From Mobula hypostoma (taxonomy: Eukaryota), in contig NC_086107.1 in NCBI RefSeq assembly GCF_963921235.1, positions 109,680,001-109,744,000 on the forward strand: DNA of 64,000 bases, in the 5' to 3' direction. The notes below the pieces were generated by a model, which did no database searches, was not told where the DNA came from, and saw nothing but the letters and a program-made list of their open reading frames with translations. Below are positions 13,433 to 27,090 of the stretch, piece after piece. The translations under genes and the position numbers were made by a program. Numbering within the stretch: the stretch's first letter is position 1; each line of letters begins with the position of its first letter.

Positions 13433-13644
13433 TTACTGAAGATAAGAAATATTCTGCGATGCAAGGTGGGAAAGGCATCATAAAGTCACCCCGAGCACAT
13501 CAGCTCGATTTAGGGCCCACTATGAGAATATATCAGGGGAGGGAGGACATTGAAGTGCAACGACAGAAGAATGACATGTGTCTGTGTCTGTCTGTGTCAT
13601 ACATTTACCAAGAATTCTCCACCACACTAGCCCTTTATTTTTAT

Positions 13645-13866
13645 AGAGAGACAGCGCATTTATTTAATCCGAGCCTAATCACAGGGCAATTTACAATGAC
13701 CAATTAACTTACCAAGCAGTACGTCTTTGGACAGTGGGAGGAAACCGGAGCACCCAGAGGAAACCCACACACTCACAGGAAGGATGTACAGTACAAACTT
13801 CCTGCAGAGGACAGCAGAATTGAACTCCAATCTCCTGAGCTGTAATAATGCCACTGCTACACCATT
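13645..13866 (-). mobile_element. HE1/V-SINE-like tRNA SINE (other copies ~14920-15200, 18300-18585, 45950-46210, 56545-56820, 57950-58245, 59090-59340, 61530-61990)
   Basis: Shared core GTGGGTTTCCTCCGGGTGCTCCGGTTTCCTCCCACAGTCCAAAGA. Confidence 0.75.
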
Positions 13867-13869
13867 GTA

Positions 13870-14489
13870 CGAGGGGCGATTGATACATTTGTGGCCTAAG
13901 GCAGAAGGAGTCAATTTTAGAAAACCTAGCACATTTATTTTTCAACATAGTCCCCTCCTACATTTACACACTTAGTCCAGCGGTCGTGGAGCATACGGAT
14001 CCCTTCTTTGTAGAAGTGGTTCACAGCAGGGGTGATTGATAAGTTTGTGGCCTACAGTAGAAGGAGATGAGTTATTAACTTCAACCTTTCTGCATTATCA
14101 CTCAAAGAGTTGAACTGCAGGTGCATGTAACAAGAGCGTCTTGGACCTCCAGGTGGTCCATAGTAGGAGTGATTGATAAGTTTGTGGCCTTAGGTAGAAG
14201 GAGATGACTTATACAGCTCTCGTTACATGCATGTGCAGTTCAACTCTTTGACTGAAAATGCAGAAAGTTTGAACAACTCATCTTCCTCTACCTTAGGCCA
14301 CAAACTTATCAATCACCCCTGCTGTGGACCACCTCTGGAAGTCCAAAACGCCGACCTCTACAAAGAAAGGATCCGTATGCTCCACAACTGCTGGACTAAG
14401 TGTGTAAATGTAGAAAAAAATCAAAGTGCTAGGTTTTCTAAAATTGACTCCTTCTACCTCAGGCCACGAACTTATCAATCACCCCCTTG
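13870..14489. mobile_element. mariner-derived fold-back MITE
   Basis: TA flanks; TIR CGAGGGG.GATTGATA; long inverted arms; LYKERIRMLHNCWTKCVNVE mariner C-terminal remnant. Confidence 0.85.
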
Positions 14490-16059
14490 TATATTTACCG
14501 GACTACAAGATATAGGAGCAGCGTTAGGCAATTTGGCCCATTGAGTCTACTCCACCATTTCATCATAGGCGATCCATTTCCCTCTCAGCCCCAACCTCCT
14601 GCCTTCTCCACACGACTATAATGAAGACTCTAACAACCTCTTCCTTAAATATACCCAACGACTTGGCCCCCATGGCTGTCTGTGGCAACAAGTTCCACAG
14701 ATTCGCCATATCTGTGGAAATTCCTCATCTCCATTCTAAATGAACATCCCTCTATTTTGAAACTGTGTCCTCTGGCCCTAGACTCTCCTCACCATCCTCC
14801 AAAAAATTCTGAGCACCCACTCCTGCTGACTGCAACCACATTTTCAGTTAATGCTATTTGATGATATTCCAAATGCTGCCACCAGCTCATCTTTTGGCGT
14901 GTCCCAGTACCAAAGCAGCAAGTGCAGCGCTTTCCAGCACCAGTGATAGGAAGATCAGGGTTCAATTCCCACTCCTGCCTTTAAGGAGTGTGTATGGTCT
15001 CCCCGTGACCACACAGATTTCCTCCAGGTGCTTCGGTTTCCTCCCACATTCCGAAGATGTACGGGTTTAGGGTATTAAGTTGCACCACCTGCTGCTAGAG
15101 AAGTGAAGCAACACTTGCAGGCTGCCCCCAGCATGTCGCAGACAGCGATGAAAACATCACATTTCACTATACGTGTCAATACACTGCATGAGACAAAAAA
15201 GCTAATCTAATGGTTCAGCACAGACTAGATGGACTGAAGGGCCTGTTTCTGTGCTGTAGTTTCTATGACTCTAATCTTGACCATTTTCTCAGTCCTGACG
15301 CATGCTTCAATCAGAGACTTTCTTGAAGTTCAAAGTAAATTTTAATCAAGGTACATATACGTCACCATAAACAACCCAGAGATTCATTTTCCTGCAGGCA
15401 TACTCAGTAAATCTATAGATCAGTAACTATAACAGGATCAATGAAAGATCAACCAGAGTGCAGAAGACAACAAACTGTGCAAAATGCAAATAGAAATAAA
15501 TAGCAATAAATAACGAAAACATAAGATGAAGAGGCCTCAAAGTGAGATCATTGGTTGTGGCCGCATCTCAATGGGTGGACAAATGAGTGTAGTTATCCCC
15601 TTTTGTTTAAGAACCAGATTGTTGTGGGGTAGTAGCTGTTCTTGAACCTGCTGGTGCGAGTCCTGAGGCTCTTGTAGTTTTCCTACTATAATAAGGTGGA
15701 CAATTGCCCTCACAATCTATCATTGCATCTTATTGTCCACCTGCACTGCACTTTCACTTCTGCTGTTACACTTTGTTCTGCAATTGCTTTACAATGTGTT
15801 ATATTCTGGATGAACAGTATACACGGCAATCTTTTCACTGCATCTCAGTCCACGTGACAAAAACAAACCATTTCCAACCTTGAATCAGCAAACGCCAGGA
15901 ACACACAGCAGGCCAGTCAGCAGCTGCGGGGAGAGAAGTGGGGGTCAATGCTTCGTTCAGGCGCAGACCTGGATGGTGCCACGAAACACTTGAACAAGCA
16001 CTGGCACTGCGAAGATCAGAGAGTGACCCAAGGCAAACGCAGACAGGAAATTTCCACAC

Positions 16060-16432
16060 CAGCCACTGCTGTTACCCGCTGGCGTTTAGGGCAGCAATGA
16101 AGGTCCTCCATCTCTGGTGGTGTTCAGGGCTTCCTTCATCATGTCAGTAGCTTCCTCTTGGTTTTCACTACTATCAGTCATTCAAGTGCCGGGGTGGAGA
16201 CTCAGGAATATCGTCACACTCAGATGTAGAAGGATTCTTCATTGCTGTTTCCATTACAGGACCGTTTTACCAGTCAGGGTTGTTAGCCCTGAGCTGAACC
16301 CCCGAACCTGGCAGACTAGTGGATCACTCTTAGTCTGGCCTCTGCCCTTTGACCTGTTTGGCATAGGGTAACCTTACCTAGAGCCAAAGCATAAAGCCCT
16401 GATTCCAGCTAGCATAGATCTCCAGGTCACTT
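16060..16432 (-). mobile_element. RTE-related non-autonomous repeat (second copy ~44930-45410)
   Basis: The two copies align by eye; RTE-type 3' end. Confidence 0.55.
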
Positions 16433-16439
16433 CAGCCCC

Positions 16440-17345
16440 TTAACCCAATTAACAAGGTTGTAGTCCTCTTGTTGAAAATTTCCACACAGATTGCAGAAAT
16501 TGAGGACAGTGCGTCCTTCGCCATTCCAAAAAAATGCAACCAGTTGAGGGGATAACTAATGGGACGACGGCTCCTAGAGAGGGAACGTGGGACAGGAGAG
16601 AGGCAATAAATTAAAATGTCATTTGAAATTAAGAGGTTTCCTGAATAGGGGGGAGTGTGTGTGTGTGTGTGTTGTACATTGGTAAGGTACATTTACCACC
16701 TGATTTATACTACACAAGCGCGGAGGGAGCCCAGTACACAATCAGTTTCATTTTCCTTGCAATAATTTCCTATACACTTCGATCAGAGCGCCACTCACCT
16801 CCGATGCCAAAAGCAGAATATGAGTTGCCGCGGTAAGGTTTCAGGAGCATCGATTCCGCATCCCTCGCCTGCAGGGTCCCTCCGCCTCACCTGGGAACAA
16901 AGACCATTTATTCCCGCTCGCTCACCCTGACACAGGTTGGTCCATTAAAATAGAAACAACACAAGCTTGTACCAGGAGAGACGCCGGTCTGAGGGAAATC
17001 AGCTGATCCCATCAATTCCCGTGGAAACCAGTGATGGACACAGCCTGAAAAGGACGACTTAAGGGCAAGTGGAAGATTTTATTTTGCCAAATTGCCACCG
17101 GCGCATGGATTCCTCTTAAAGGGAAAGTGCCCAGATCACGATGTTAAACGCGATTTCAAAGAGCAAGGCTTCCGCTCCGATTCTCCGGGGCACGTCCCAG
17201 TGTTTCAGCGGGGCGGCGAGGAGCTTTTCCAGAAGCCACATCTTCGTAGGAGGAGCGAAGCAAAATGTCAGCCGTCTCCTGAGGGAATGGGAGCAACTCG
17301 GCGCTTCACACCCGCTGCTGTGTTCACCCCCAGCGTGAGGCAGAG
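16440..17345 (-). other. CpG-rich block with putative 5' exons of a minus-strand transcript
   Basis: CpG-rich non-repeat DNA. Minus-strand donors at ~16925 (GTGAGC), 16890 (GTGAGG), 16798 (GTGAGT); strong pyrimidine-tract acceptor ...CCCTCTCTAG| before 16573. Confidence 0.45.
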
Positions 17346-17683
17346 GAGGGTTATTTTTTGCTTTTATTGCATTCTAGCGTAATACCAGTCGCAAGGAGGC
17401 CCTTCGGCCCATTGTGACTGTGCCAGCTTATTGAAATCCTACTCCACTCTTTCCCACCCTACCAAGTTCGGGAAGAGTTTTTCAGCAGGTCGGGCAGCAT
17501 CCGTGGAAACCTGCTGTGAGTGTTGCTTTGACCCCAGCATCTGCAGAGTATTTTGTGTTCGGGAAAAGTTTTGTTATCCTGCAACTATCAGACTCCTGGA
17601 CCCGCCTGAATAACTTCTCTAGGTCCCTTGGAACATTACCCAATCTCTGACCATTTTTATTTAGACCATGAGAAGAAATTGAG

Positions 17684-18122
17684 TCACCTGGGACTGTATG
17701 TGCTCACGGGATTCAGAAGAATGAGAGGAGATCTTATAGAAACGTATAAAATTATGAAAGGGATATATAAGATAGAGGCAGGAAAGTTGTTCCCGCTGTA
17801 GGTGAGACTATAACGAGGGGACATAGCCTCAAGATTCAGGGGAGTAGATTTAAGACGGAGATGAGGAGGAACTGCTTTTCCCAGAGAGTGGGTAAACCTG
17901 TGGAATTCTCTGCCCCACAAGGCAGTGGAGGCTATCTCAGTAAATATAGTTAAGACAAGGTTGGATAGATTTTTGCAAAGTAGGGGAATTAAGGGTTATG
18001 GGGAAAATGCAGGTAGGTGGAGATAAGTCCATGGTCAGATCAACCATGATCTTATTGAATGGAAGTGCAGGCTTGATGGGCCAGGTGGCCCACTCCTGCT
18101 CCCGTTTCTTACGATCTTATGA
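17684..18122 (+). mobile_element. CR1 3' end
   Basis: RRMRGDLIETYKIMKGI; CR1 3' UTR. Confidence 0.85.
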
Positions 18123-19289
18123 ATCACCTCACATATTCCATAATTGATGCATCTGCCATGTATTCCCCAAGGCCTCCTCGCATGCTCCGGCCGGATCACA
18201 ATCCCAACTGGTGTTGTACCACCATGTATGATGGGTGGGAAGAAGTTCAAGTTCTTTGATTGGCTAAAGAACCAGAGTTAAGTTGAGGGGAGGCTTATTT
18301 ATTTATTTATTGGGATGCAGCACAGAACAGGCCCTCCCAGCCCTTCGAGCCATGCCACCAGCAATTTAATCCTAGCCTAATCACGGGACAATTTACAAAG
18401 ACCAATTAGCCTACTAACCGATACATCTTCACACTATGGGGGAATCCTGGAGCACCCGGAGGAAACCCACACGGTCACGGGGAGAACGTACAATCTCCCT
18501 ACAGGGAGAGGGGAGGGGGGGAAATGAACCCAGATTGCTGGTACCGTAAAGCGTTGTGCTAACCACGGCGCTACCATACTGCCCCGTTCAGTGAGTTGTG
18601 ACCCAAAATCCAGATTTAACTGGAGCGCTCAACTGTCTAGTGATGGCCACCTGAAAAGGATGTAAGCCATCAAAGTCAAGGTCGAGCTTATTGTCACGTG
18701 CACAAGTGCACGTATGCACAGGTGCGTTGAAAACTTACCTGCAGCAGCGTCACAGGCACACAGCACCATTCACAAGGAAAACCTAAATGGAACACAAATT
18801 ATATGTGATTTTTACAAGAAATAACATGATTGGAGCAAATAAAAACAGTCTACTTTAGTGCAAAGTGATCAGAGTGGTCATAGTGTTGCTGGACTGCAGG
18901 TCAGCTGGTAGAGCAGAGAACTGTAGAGGAAATGTAGTCATGAGAGGGAAGGAGGGGAAGAGGGACTCCCCAACCCAAAATTACAGCACATTTTTATATG
19001 TTAAAAAACAAAGGTAACAGGACAATTTCTATAGTTACAATGCTTCTTTTGAGTTACATGTAGTTTTCAAATACCTGGATCTTCCCAAACTAAGGGTTAA
19101 TCACTGTGGTCCCTCAGTTGTATTCATGCAATGGGGTGTTGATTGCATTCATGTATATATCAGTTTAGTTAGTGTTACCTGGTCTGTAATTTACTGTTCA
19201 GAGCTGCATTTTGAATTCAATCCACAATCCAAATTCAGGTCTGAAAGTTAGCTGCTGAAGTTAATATTTGCTATGTACCCTAACTCTAG

Positions 19290-20875
19290 AATATGCCCTA
19301 ACAGTGTTGGTAAGGTTGAAGTGAAGTAGCTGTTCCTGAACCTGATGGTATGAGACTTCAGGCTTCTGTACTTCCAGCCCAACAGTAGCTGCGAGAAGAT
19401 AACGTGGACCATCTGGTTGGGATCTTTGATGACTGATGTTGCCTTCTTGAGGCAGCACTTCCTGTAGATACTACCAAGACATCTTCAAGGAGCGGTGCCT
19501 CAGAAAAGTGGCGTCCATCATTAAGGACCCCCATCACCCAGGTATGCCCTCTTCTCGTCAATTCAGGAACAGCTTCTTCCCCTCTGCCATCCAATTCTAA
19601 ATAGACATTGTAAGACACTAGTCAGGGCCGCACTTGAAGTATTATCAACAGTTTTCTTGGAAAGGATATATTGTCATTGGAGAGAGTCCAGAGGAGGTTC
19701 ACAAGGATTATTCCTGGAATGAAGGGGTTAACATATGAGGAGGGTTTGGCAGCTTTGGGCCTGTACTCACTGGAATTTAGAAGAATGCGTGGGGATCTCA
19801 TTGAAACCTACCGAATGTTGGAAGAACTAGATAAGGTGGACTAGATAGGAGAGGATGTTTCCTATGGTGGGGGTATCCAGATTTAGTGTCCACAGCCTCA
19901 AAATTGAGGGGGGGGCCTTTAGAAGAGAAGTAAAGAGGATTTTTTTTTAGCCAGAGAGTGGTGAATCTGTGGAATGCTCTGCCACAGACTGCAGTGGAGG
20001 ATAAATCACTAAAGGCATATATTCAAAGCAGAAGTTGATAGATTCCTGATTGCTCAGGGCACCAAGGGATACGGAGAGAGGGCAGGTGTATGGGGTTGAG
20101 TAGAATCCGGGATCAGCCACAATGAAATGGCGGAGCGGACTTGATGGGCAGAATGGCCTAATTCTGCTCCTATGTCTCATGGTCAATCCCATGATCACTA
20201 CCTCACTACTTATTTAATATACTAGTTAATTAATTAATAGTTTATATTAATTAACTAGTCACTATACATATATACTTACTGTAATTCAGTTGCTTTTTCT
20301 ATATTTGTCATGAATTCCATTGTTCTTCTGTTTTTGCATAAATTTTTAAACTGTTTTCAATTTTTTTAAGGGAATGTCCTCCAGCACCCAGGACATGCTC
20401 TTTTCTCACTGTTACCATCAGGGAGGAGGTACAGGAGCCTGAAGGCACACACTCAGCGATTCAGGAACAGCTTCTTCCCCTCTGCCATCCGATTCCTAAA
20501 TGGACATTGAACCCTTGGAGACTACCTCACTTTTTTTAATGTGCAGTATTTCTGTGTTTGGGCATTTTTAAAAATCTATTCAATACAAGTAATTGATTTA
20601 CTTGTTTATTTATGATTATGTTTTATTTATTATTATTATTTTTTCTCTCTCTACTAGATTATGTGTTGCATTGAACTGCTGCTGCTAAGTTAACAAATTT
20701 CACGTCACATGCCGGTGATAATAAACCTGATTCTGATTCTTTTAATACACATATACTTATTGATTTACTTATTTTTCTACATTATCATGTTAGCATATAT
20801 TAGCATTGTACTGCTGCCACTAAATTAACACATTTCATGACATATGCTGGTGATATTAACCCTGATTCTGATTCT
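19290..20875. mobile_element. Rex1 3' fragments with nested CR1 (~19612-20184)
   Basis: FRNSFFPSAI motif and CTGATT tails; CR1 ORF2 end in the middle. Confidence 0.8.
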
Positions 20876-21229
20876 GCTGATACAGACACAGAGCTTCCAA
20901 GTCAAAGTCAAAGTCCATTTATTATCAAAGTGCGTATGTGTCATTTCTGGACATTAAGGGAATCAAAGGAGAAGGAGAAAGTGCAGGAAAATGGTTCTGA
21001 GGCAGAAGACCAAGTGTGGTCTGGAGGAATGGTGAAGGTTGCTTACTCCTGGTCCCAATTCTTCTGTCCGACCTGTTTTCTCTCTGAAGGGCAGTGGTGG
21101 GTAGTGAGAAGGAGGAGGAGGGAAGGCAATTGGTCATTGGGTCAAGATCAGTCCTGTAACAGCCCTGGCTGAGTAAGAGGAAAAAGGAGGTACATCACAG
21201 GTGTAGGCAAGTAGGAACAAATGAGGAGC

Positions 21230-23962
21230 TTATGGAGTACAAGAAATGCAAGAGAACACTTAAGAAAGAAATCATAAAAGAAGGCATGAATTTGCTCTAG
21301 CAGACAAGGTGAAGGAGAATCATAAGGCATTCTACAGATATGTTAAGAGCAAAAGGATTGCTAGGGACACAGTGGGTTCTTTGCAAGACCAGAATGCGTG
21401 GAGCCAAAACAGATGGGGCAGATCTTAATTGGGGCATCTGTATTTACTGGGGAAACAAATACAGAGTCTATAGAAGTGAGGCAAAGTGGGTTCAGCTTCA
21501 TTGGATCCTGTACAGATTACAGAGCAGGAGGAGTTTTCTACCCTGAGGCAAATCAAGGTGGATAAATCCCCAGGGCTTGACAAGGTGTTCCCTCAGACCC
21601 CAGAGGAGGAAAGTACAGAAATTGTCAGGGCCCTAGCAGAGATATTTAAAATATCCTTAGCGACAGAAGAGGTACCAGACGATTGGAGGATAGCCAATGT
21701 TGTTCAACTTTTTAGTAAAGACTCTAAACAGAAACCAGGAAATTATAAAGCTGGTGAATCTGACATCAGTTGTGGAAAGTTATTGTAAGGTACTCTAAGG
21801 GACCAGATATATAGGTATTTGCGTAGACATGGACTGATTAAGGAGAGCCAGCTTGGCTTTGTGTGTGGTAGGTCATGTCTAACCAATCTTAAGGAGTTTT
21901 TCAAGGAGGTTACCAAGAAAGTGGATGAAGGCAAGGCAGTGAGTGTTGTCAACATGGACCTCAGGAAGGCAATTGACAAGGTCCTACATGGGAGGTTGAT
22001 CAAGAAGGTTCAGTCACTCAGCGTTCAAGAAGAGGTAGTAAATTGGATTAGACATTAGCTTTGTGGGAGAAGTCAGAGAGTGGTAGTAGATGGTTGCCTC
22101 TCTGACTGGAGGCCTGTGACGAGTGGTGTGCCACAGGGATCGGTGCTGGGTCCTTTGTTGTTTGTCATTTATATCAGTGATCTGGATGATAATGTGGTCG
22201 ATGGGATCAGCAAATTTGCAGATGATGCTAAGATTGGAGGTGTGGTGGACAGTGTAAAGGGATATCATGGCTTGCAGAGGAATCTGCCTGAGATGGAAAA
22301 ATAGCAGATGGAATTTAATGCAGACAAGTGCGAGGATTTGCAATTTGGTAGGACCAACCAGGGCAGGTCTTACACAGTGAGGAGTGTGGTAGGACAAAGG
22401 GATCTGGGAAAACAGGTACATACTTTGATGAAAGTGGTGTCAGAGATAGAAAGGGTCATAAAGAAAGCTTTTGGCACATTGGCCTTTATAAATCAATGTA
22501 ATGAATACAGGAGATGGATGTTAAGTTTAAATTGTATAAGATGTTAATGAAGCCTAATCTGGAGTATTATATGCCATTTTGGTGACCTACTGACAGGAGA
22601 GTTGTAAACAAGGTTGAAAGAGTGCAGAGGTGTTGCCAGAGACTGAGTTATGAGGAAAAACTGAATAGGTTAAGCTGTATTCTTTAGAATGGAGATTTGA
22701 TAGAGGTATACAAAATCATGAGGGGTACAGATAGGGTAAACGCAAGCAGGCTTTTTCCATTGAGGTTGAATTGAATTGAATTTATTTAAATCTTACATCC
22801 ATCCCACAACATCTGTCTGTCTGTCTAGGTACCACATCTGATGTGGACTTTAGTGACCATGGTTTTCCATATAGATCTATCCTTCGTTTTTTGGATGACT
22901 TCCATTTCCTCGATGTGTAGCCACCTGGCTATGCTTTTGATGCACATAAGCCGAGGTCTTCCTCTAGGTTTGCTCCCCTCAATTTTTCCAGAGAGTATGA
23001 GTTTTCCTAGTTTATCTTTCCGCATGATGTGTCCTAGGAACCTGAGTTGTCTTTCTCTTATTGTTGGTATGAGTGATCGAACTGCTTGGGCTCTTCTGAG
23101 AACTTCTTCATTTGATGTGTGTGTGGTCCATGATATTTTTAACATTCTCCTGTAGAACCATAATTCAGCTGCTTCTAGTCTTTTTTCCATTGCTGGAGAA
23201 GTGGTCCAGCATTCACTTCCATAAGTCAGGATAGAATAAATGTAGCACTGCAGTATTCTGTTTTTAGTGTACGTGCTCATTTTTCTGTCTGTTAATATGG
23301 TCTTCATTTTTTGGAAAGCTTCTTTCGCTATTGCTATTTCTGCATTTGATACCTGTGTCGCACCTGCCGTTACTTGTTATTAGGCTGCCAAGATATTTGA
23401 ATTTGTTGACTTGTTTGATGTTTGTATTTCTGATCACCACAACATCAGGGAGTAAAAATCTTTGCATTATGACTCCGTCACAACCATGTGAATTTATAAG
23501 TCTAATGGCTTGTAGAAAGAAGATGTCCTGTTGCCTGTTGGTCCTGGCTTTTATGCTGTGGTACCATTTGCCAGATGGAAGCACCTGAAACAGTTTATGT
23601 CGGGGTGACTGGTGTCCCCGATTATCCTCCAGGCCTTCTTTACGCACCTGCTGCTGTAAATGTTGGATGGAACTACAACCAGAGGTCATGACTTAAGGGT
23701 GAGAAGCTTAAGGGGAATATGAAGGGAAACTTCTGCACTCAGAGGGTCGTGAGAGTGTGGACTGAGCTGCCAGTACAAGTGAATGCGAGCTCGATTTCAA
23801 CATTTAAGAGAAGTTTGGATAGATACATGGATAGTAGTGATATGGAAGGTTATGGTCCCGATGCAGGTCATTGGGAGTAGGCAGCTTAAATTGCTTACGG
23901 CATGGATTAGATGGGCCAAAGGGCCTATTTCTGTGCAGTACTTCTCCATGACTATGACTCTA
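21230..23962 (+). mobile_element. CR1 LINE (RT region to 3' end), interrupted at ~22768-23663
   Basis: KSPGLD, GRSCLTNLKEFF, SGVPQGSVLGPLLF, SKFADDAK; frameshifted; (ATGACT) tail. Confidence 0.9.
22768..23452 (-). mobile_element. RTE-clade LINE 3' fragment
   Basis: FKYLGSLIT, YGSECWT..EKRLEAAELWFYRRML, GKIEGSKPRGRPR; (ATTCA)n tail. Confidence 0.85.
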
Positions 23963-24203
23963 TGTTGTATCCCAGGAACACTGAGCTCAAAGATAAATTG
24001 GTAAATCGATAAATTAGCAAAATGTATTGAGGTGCAGTGAAAACTTTGCTGTGTATGCCATCCACATTGCTGGTCTACCTTGAGGGATCGGCAGTGGAGA
24101 GAGTCAGCAGCTGTAAGTTCTGGGTGTAACTATGTCGGATGACCTGTTCTGGGCCCAACATACTGTAGATGCATTCATATAGAAAGTGCATCTTTATTTT
24201 CTT

Positions 24204-24741
24204 CGCAAGCAAGAGGAAATCTGCAGATGCTGGAATATCAAGCAACACACATAAAAGTTGCTGGTGAACGCAGCAGGCCAGGCAGCATCTCTAGGAAGAG
24301 GTACAGTCGACGTTTCGGGCCGAGACCCTTCGTCAGGACTAACTGAAGGAAGAGTTATTAAGAGATTTGAAAGTGGGAGGGGGAGATCCGAAATGATAAG
24401 AGAAGACAGGAGGGGGAGGGATGGAGCCAAGAGCTGGACAGGTGATTGGCAAAAGGGACACGAGAGGATCATGGGACAGGAGGCCCAGGGAGAAAGAAAG
24501 AAAAGGGGGGGGGAAGCCCAGAGGATGGGCAGTGGGTATAGTGAGAGGGACAGAGAGTGAAAAAGGAGAGACAGAAAAAGAATGTGTGCATATAAATAAA
24601 TAAATAACGGATGGGGTACGAGGGGGAGGTGGGGCATTAGCGGAAGTTAGAGAAGTCAATGTTCATGCCATCAGGTTGGAGGCTACTCAGACGGAATATA
24701 AGGCGTTGTTCCTCCAACCTGAGTTTTTCTTTTTTTAAATT
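24204..24741 (-). mobile_element. young Penelope-like insertion in a Rex1 fragment
   Basis: 13-bp TSD TCTTTATTTTCTT 24191-24203 / 24742-24754; GIY-YIG C-terminus. Confidence 0.85.
24304..24341 (-). ncRNA. minimal type I hammerhead ribozyme motif
   Basis: TAGTC-CTGACGA-A-GGGtctcggCCC-GAAAC-GTC-GACTG. Confidence 0.75.
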
Positions 24742-24817
24742 TCTTTATTTTCTTAGGGGGTTTGCGTTGTTATCAAACACTTTAATAAACTTCCACAGAT
24801 GGTTTCATCAGGGTTTG

Positions 24818-25067
24818 TGTTGTGTATTTAATATTTCAGTAGTATTTGAGTAATCTTGTATACAGTATATATATTGTTTGATTTAGCACTCTTGTTTGAA
24901 TAATTCATTGCAGTTTATATATAAAATAAGTGAATTGCATACGTCATCATGCTAGCTCGTGATACGTTCGCATTTCGCTTCAAGTAAACACAAAGTTAGA
25001 CTCACATTTCAGACTCCCATGTCTTCCTTTGAATTAGCTTAATGCTTTGAAGTTACAAAGAATAACA
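24818..25067. mobile_element. solo LTR (250 bp)
   Basis: TGTTGT...ATAACA termini; 5-bp TSD GTTTG 24813-24817 / 25068-25072. Confidence 0.8.
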
Positions 25068-25979
25068 GTTTGATGTGGCAATTTGAATGCACGGACCATA
25101 AGACGTTGCAGAGAATGGTGGACCCGGCCCAGTATGTTACAGACACATCCCCCACCATCAATCGTACCACCCTACCACACAGGCCATGTTATCCTTTCAC
25201 AACCACCATCAGGTAGGACACCATCAGGTAGGAGGTACGGAAGCCTGAAGCCTTGCCAGGTTCAAGAACAGTCCGGAAGACAGATCTCAGCCCAAAACGT
25301 CAACTGTTTACTCCTTTTCACAGAAAGTTCCTTCAGCATTTTTCGTGTGTTGCTCAAGAACAGCTACTCCCCTTCAACCATTCAATTCATGACCTGACCA
25401 GCAATACCCTAATCACTACAGTTTAGCAAAACTTTGAACACTTTGCACAAAAACTGATTTTTGTTCTAATTGTGTTTCTTATAAAAATTGTGCAAAATTT
25501 ATGCTTAATAGTAACACTATACTTCTTTAAACTTGTATCATATATGCACTTTTTTATTTAAGTCAAGTCAAGTTTTTTTGTCATTTACCTATATACATGT
25601 ATGTATAATGTCAAATGGGATAACATTTCTCCGGACCAGGCTGTAAAGCACAGTGATACACATAACACACAATAACTTAGGAAAGGAAGGATAAAATCTA
25701 CAGATGAATTACGCACAAATAAATAAATTAAAGTGCAAACATTAAATACTTGGGAGTTTTGTGGTAATGTTACTTTATGTGTTATGTATATGAGTTATAT
25801 GTACTGTGCTGTGCACCTTGGTCCGGAGGAATGTCGTCTTGTTTGGCGGTAAAACAAGTGTAAAGTTCAATGCCAATAAACTTGAACTTGAACAGTAAAT
25901 GTAAAGTGACGAGCTAGTAAATTAAGGTAGTGCGGGGACAGCAGATGTTTCACTTCGGCCAACAGAGACGATTCAGTCA

Positions 25980-27090
25980 AAGTTCAAAGTGAATTTATTA
26001 ACAAAGTGTCCATATGTTACCAGATACTACTGTCAGAGTCATTTTCATGGAGGTGTTTCGAAGTTCAAAGAAAATGTTATTCTCAAAGTACAGTTATGTC
26101 ACTATATATAACCCTGAGATTCATTTACTTGTGGGCATACTCAAAAAATCTATAGAACAGTAACTATGAGAGGATCAATGAAAGATCAACCAGAGTGCAG
26201 AAGACAACACACTGTGCAAATGCAAATATAAATAAATAGCAATAAGTAATGAGATAATGAGATAAAGAGTCCTTAAAGTGAGATCATTGGTATCATCTCA
26301 ATATGGGCAAGTGAGTGTGATTATCCCCTTTCATTCAAGAGCCTGATGGTTGAGGGGTAGTAACTGTTCCTGAACCCGGTGATGCAAGTCCTGAGGCTCC
26401 TGTACCTTCCTCCTGATGGCAGCGATGAGAAGAGAGCATGACCTGGGTGGTGGGAGTCCCTGAAAATGGATGATGCTTTCTTTTTAAACTCCCGAAGTGC
26501 TTCGTGTGGATGTGCTCGATGGCATTTACAGGAAGATATAGAAATACAATTGAATTTATGATATACTGTACATAAATGAAGACTGCCAAACAACCGATGT
26601 GCAAAAGAAGAGAAATAATGAAAATAAAAATAAATAAATAAATAATATTGAGAACATGGCTTGTAAAGTTCTTGGAAGCAAGTCTGTAGGTTGTGGAACA
26701 GTTTATGACTGAGGTGAGCGAAGTTATCCACACCAGTTCAAGAACCTGATGGTTGTATGGTAGTAACCTGGTGGTTCTCAGGCTCCTGTAGTTCCTACTT
26801 GATGGTAGCAGTGAGAAGAGGTCATGACTTGGCTGGTGGGGGTCCTCGATGATGGAGGCTGCTTTCTTGTTGCAGTACTCCTTGTAAATGTGCTCAATGA
26901 TGGGGGGGGGGGGCTTTGCCTGTGACGGACTGGGCTGCACCCACCACATTTCGTGGCTTTTTTCATTCCTGGGCACTGGCGTCTCCACACCAGGCTGTGA
27001 TGCAGCCAGTCAGGATACTCTCCACTGCGCCACTGTAGACGTTTTAGAAGACATGCCAAACCTGTGCAAAGTTCTGAGAAAGTAGAGGCG
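25980..27090 (-). mobile_element. stacked Rex1/Babar 3' fragments
   Basis: HPGHALFSSLPSGGRYRSLRT..FRNSYYP repeated. Confidence 0.8.

Noticed and set aside
15877..15925. Minus-strand micro-exon
   Set aside because: Good acceptor but weak donor and no frame support.
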